DNA of 64,000 nucleotides from Kofleriaceae bacterium (GTDB lineage Bacteria; Myxococcota_A; Polyangia; Haliangiales; Haliangiaceae): NCBI GenBank assembly GCA_018058095.1, contig JAGPCO010000022.1, positions 3,493 to 67,492 of the forward strand, read 5' to 3'. Shown piece by piece: positions 61,541 to 64,000 of this stretch (position 1 is its first letter; each line of letters starts with the position of its first letter). The notes under the pieces were generated by a model. It saw only the letters and a program-made list of their open reading frames with translations, ran no database searches and was not told where the DNA came from. The position numbers and the translations under genes were made by a program.

Positions 61541-64000
61541 GCCAGGTGCACCAGCGTCTCGAACGCGGCGTAGAAGTCGCGCCGGAACGCCAGCGCGGTG
61601 TCGGCGCCAGCGGCGGCGCGGTGGGTCACCGCGTTGCGCACCGCGGCCAGCGCGTGCAGGCTGTGCGCCAGCCGGACCATCTCGTCGGCGCTGCGCGCCT
61701 TGAGCTTGAACAGGTTCTGCATGCCCGACGGGTGATCGACCGCGAACAGCACGAGCAGGCGCGACCACTCGGTCACCGACAGCGGCGAGTCGAGCCGCTT
61801 GCGGCGGTGGTCCTGCAGCTCGCGCATCGCGTTGGTGATGGCCCGGACCGGGACGTCGACGCGGGCGCCGCCGATGTCGACCGGGTCGCGCCAGCGCGGC
61901 TCGAGCCACCGCTGGTAGCTCGGCCAGGCCGAGGCCGAGACCCGCTCGACGTACGAGAACAACACGTGCGGCTCGCGCTGCAGCGCGGCCATGCGCCCGC
62001 CCAGCCAGGCGTGCACGTAGTTCTCCATGACCTTCATCCACAGCACGATCGGCGGCGACTGGTCGGCGTCGGTCAGGCGCAGCGTCGCGTGGTACAGGGC
62101 CTCGGCGGTGCGCATGCTCTTGACCAGGGTGGCGAGGGCGCCGAGCTGGGTCATGGCCGGGAAGCTGGGGAACAGGGTGGTGATGCTGGCGTCGACGTCG
62201 AGCGCGGCCGGGCCGGCGTCACCGGCGCCGTCGCCGTCGACGCGCGCCAGCTCGATGCGGCGATTGACCAGGGGCTCGTAGGCCGGGTCGTCGGCCGGCA
62301 GGCGCGCCAGCGCGGCCACCACCGCGCGGTCGAGCGCGGCTCGGGCCGGCCCGGTCGGCGCCACCACCAGCTCGGCCGCGACCCGGGCCCGGACCGCGCC
62401 GTCGCCGTCGCCGGCCGCGAACTCGACCAGGCGCGGCCCGGCCGCCGGATCGGCGGCGCCGAGCAGGCCGAGCGCGGCCCGCTCACGCAGCGCGACGTCG
62501 GCGTGATCGAGCCCGGCCAGCAGCACCGGCGTCGCCGCCGGCCCGCCGATGCGGCCGATGGCCAGCAGGGCGGCGCCGCGCACCGCCGGCGCCGCGTCGT
62601 CGATGCGGACCGCCAGGGTCGGCACCGCGATCGCGCCGCCGGCCAGCCCGGCGACCCGGACCCACGCCTCGCGCGCGCGTTCGTCGTCGCCGCCGAGCTG
62701 GGCCCGGGCCCGCTCGACCAGCCGGGCCGGCAGGGCGCGGCCCGGCCCGGACCAGGCCGCCAGCGCGCGCGCCGCCGCGGTCAGCACGCGGGCGTCGTCC
62801 TCGCCGATCATCACCACCGCCAGCTGGTCGGCCACCGCCGGCGTCGGCGTGCCGAGCTCGGCCAGCGCGATCTGTCCGGCCAACCGGACGTCGACCGGCT
62901 GGGTCGCCGCGATCGTGCCGAGCAACGCCGGCACCAGCCCGCGCAGCTCGAGGTTGCCGGCGACGTAGGCGGCCCGCCGCCGCACCGCCGGCTCGGGGTC
63001 GCCGAGCAGGCCCCCGACCACCCGCTCGAGCTCGCGCCCGAGCGCGTCGCCGGCGCCCGGCTCGGCGTCGGGCCGGACCGCGAGCTGGACCGCCCACAGC
63101 AGCGCGGCGCGCAGCGACGGCCCGGCCGTGGCCAGCGCGCCGAGCCGGGCCAGCAGGTCGCGTCCAGTCACGAACGGTCCGAGCACCTGGGCCGCGGCCG
63201 CGCGCAGCTCGCCCGGCGCGGCCGGGTCGACCGCGAGCTCGACCAGCGCGGCCTGCTCCCACGGCAGGTCGGCCTCGATCGCGCTGATGGCCCGGGCCCG
63301 CACCACCACCGGCAGGGCCAGCCGGGCCGCGACCGCGAGCAGGAACCGCGTCACCTCGGGCGCGCGCAGCTCGCCCAGCACCTCGACCACCCCGGCCGGA
63401 TCGTCGTCGAGCAAGACCTCGGCCTGCGCCAGCACGTCGGCCACCGGCAGCGTCCGCAGCCGGCGCGCCAGCAGCGACCGCACCGCGCGGTCGGACTCGG
63501 CCATCGCCACCAGGAACCGCTCGCCGGCGTCGCGGTCGCGCTCGGCCTTGTAGGCCCGCGCGGCCTGGCTGGCGCCGAGGCGGGTCGCCGCGTCGCCGGC
63601 CCGGGCCAGGCGGCGCAGCGCCGGCAGGACCCGGGCGTCGCCCAGCTCGGCCAGGTACCGCGCCGCCGCCACCGTCAGCTCCGGCTCGAGGTCGGCCTCG
63701 ATCGCGCCCAGGGCGGCGTCGGCGCCGACGCCGGCGCGGATCTCGGTCAGGGCGGTCAGCGCCAGCACGGCGTCGTCGACGTCGCCGCCGATCCACGGGA
63801 CCAGGCGGCCGGCCGCGCTCATCGCCCCCATGCGCCCGAGCGCGGCCATGGCCGCCCCGCGCAGGCGCGGCGGCCGCGCCTCGCCGACGAACGCCAGCAC
63901 GCTCTCCTCGAGCGCGGGCAGGCCGAGGCCGCCGGCGGCGCCGAGCGCGGCCACGATCACGTCGTCGTCATCGTCGAACAGCCGGCGGTGCACGTACGGC
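61537..64000 (-). CDS. HEAT/armadillo-repeat protein with a distinct helical C-terminal domain carrying RNxxxH; the 5' end may lie beyond the window
   Basis: Track ORF 61537..63993. The frame stays open to the window edge. Many 'VR..AA.aLg.lg...a.p.L..ll.D.d..VR' repeats. The C-terminal roughly 230 aa are non-repetitive and end in LHALAAVRNAVTHR (R codon 61638..61636, H codon 61623..61621). Confidence 0.7.
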   Translation of the reverse strand, partial: PYVHRRLFDDDDDVIVAALGAAGGLGLPALEESVLAFVGEARPPRLRGAAMAALGRMGAMSAAGRLVPWIGGDVDDAVLALTALTEIRAGVGADAALGAIEADLEPELTVAAARYLAELGDARVLPALRRLARAGDAATRLGASQAARAYKAERDRDAGERFLVAMAESDRAVRSLLARRLRTLPVADVLAQAEVLLDDDPAGVVEVLGELRAPEVTRFLLAVAARLALPVVVRARAISAIEADLPWEQAALVELAVDPAAPGELRAAAAQVLGPFVTGRDLLARLGALATAGPSLRAALLWAVQLAVRPDAEPGAGDALGRELERVVGGLLGDPEPAVRRRAAYVAGNLELRGLVPALLGTIAATQPVDVRLAGQIALAELGTPTPAVADQLAVVMIGEDDARVLTAAARALAAWSGPGRALPARLVERARAQLGGDDERAREAWVRVAGLAGGAIAVPTLAVRIDDAAPAVRGAALLAIGRIGGPAATPVLLAGLDHADVALRERAALGLLGAADPAAGPRLVEFAAGDGDGAVRARVAAELVVAPTGPARAALDRAVVAALARLPADDPAYEPLVNRRIELARVDGDGAGDAGPAALDVDASITTLFPSFPAMTQLGALATLVKSMRTAEALYHATLRLTDADQSPPIVLWMKVMENYVHAWLGGRMAALQREPHVLFSYVERVSASAWPSYQRWLEPRWRDPVDIGGARVDVPVRAITNAMRELQDHRRKRLDSPLSVTEWSRLLVLFAVDHPSGMQNLFKLKARSADEMVRLAHSLHALAAVRNAVTHRAAAGADTALAFRRDFYAAFETLVHLA

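Overview
Very GC-rich chromosomal DNA. Gene content points to Myxococcota: many Hanks-type Ser/Thr kinases, an AgmX/PglI-type domain, FHA, GGDEF and lipoproteins. This taxonomic call is an inference. All family calls come from motifs I read in the translations; no searches were run. The ORF track is full of long antisense 'shadow' ORFs, so I trimmed or rejected many entries and re-derived starts. Several starts are ATGA/GTGA stop-start overlaps. About 50 genes are supported. No tRNA, rRNA, CRISPR array, transposase or integrase was recognised.

Most interesting, in order:
1. A roughly 20 kb accessory locus (34.4-54.7 kb). It is built around a single 4367-aa hybrid NRPS-PKS with domain order A-PCP-KS-AT-ACP-aminotransferase-C-A-PCP-C-A-PCP and no TE or R release domain. 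It is flanked by a divergent pair of alpha/beta hydrolases with non-serine nucleophile elbows, a Wzx-like flippase, an Sfp-type PPTase, NodB deacetylases and a GT-C membrane glycosyltransferase.
2. A lipoprotein of the cholesterol-dependent-cytolysin-like family without the undecapeptide domain (57.5-59.0 kb).
3. A one-polypeptide ECF sigma-TM-DsbA(CPYC) fusion, preceded by an inverted (CCCGTG)n/(CGGGCA)n microsatellite that can form a hairpin or G-quadruplexes.
4. A family of about 190-nt elements sitting directly after stop codons. Their tails are arrays of TGATC-containing short repeats, and there is a 387-bp tandem duplication (15.9-18.6 kb).
5. A HEAT-repeat protein ending in an RNxxxH (HEPN-like) motif.
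6. A duplicated secreted-protein gene pair bracketing a JmjC-oxygenase / Cys-rich 19-aa-repeat lipoprotein / methyltransferase island.
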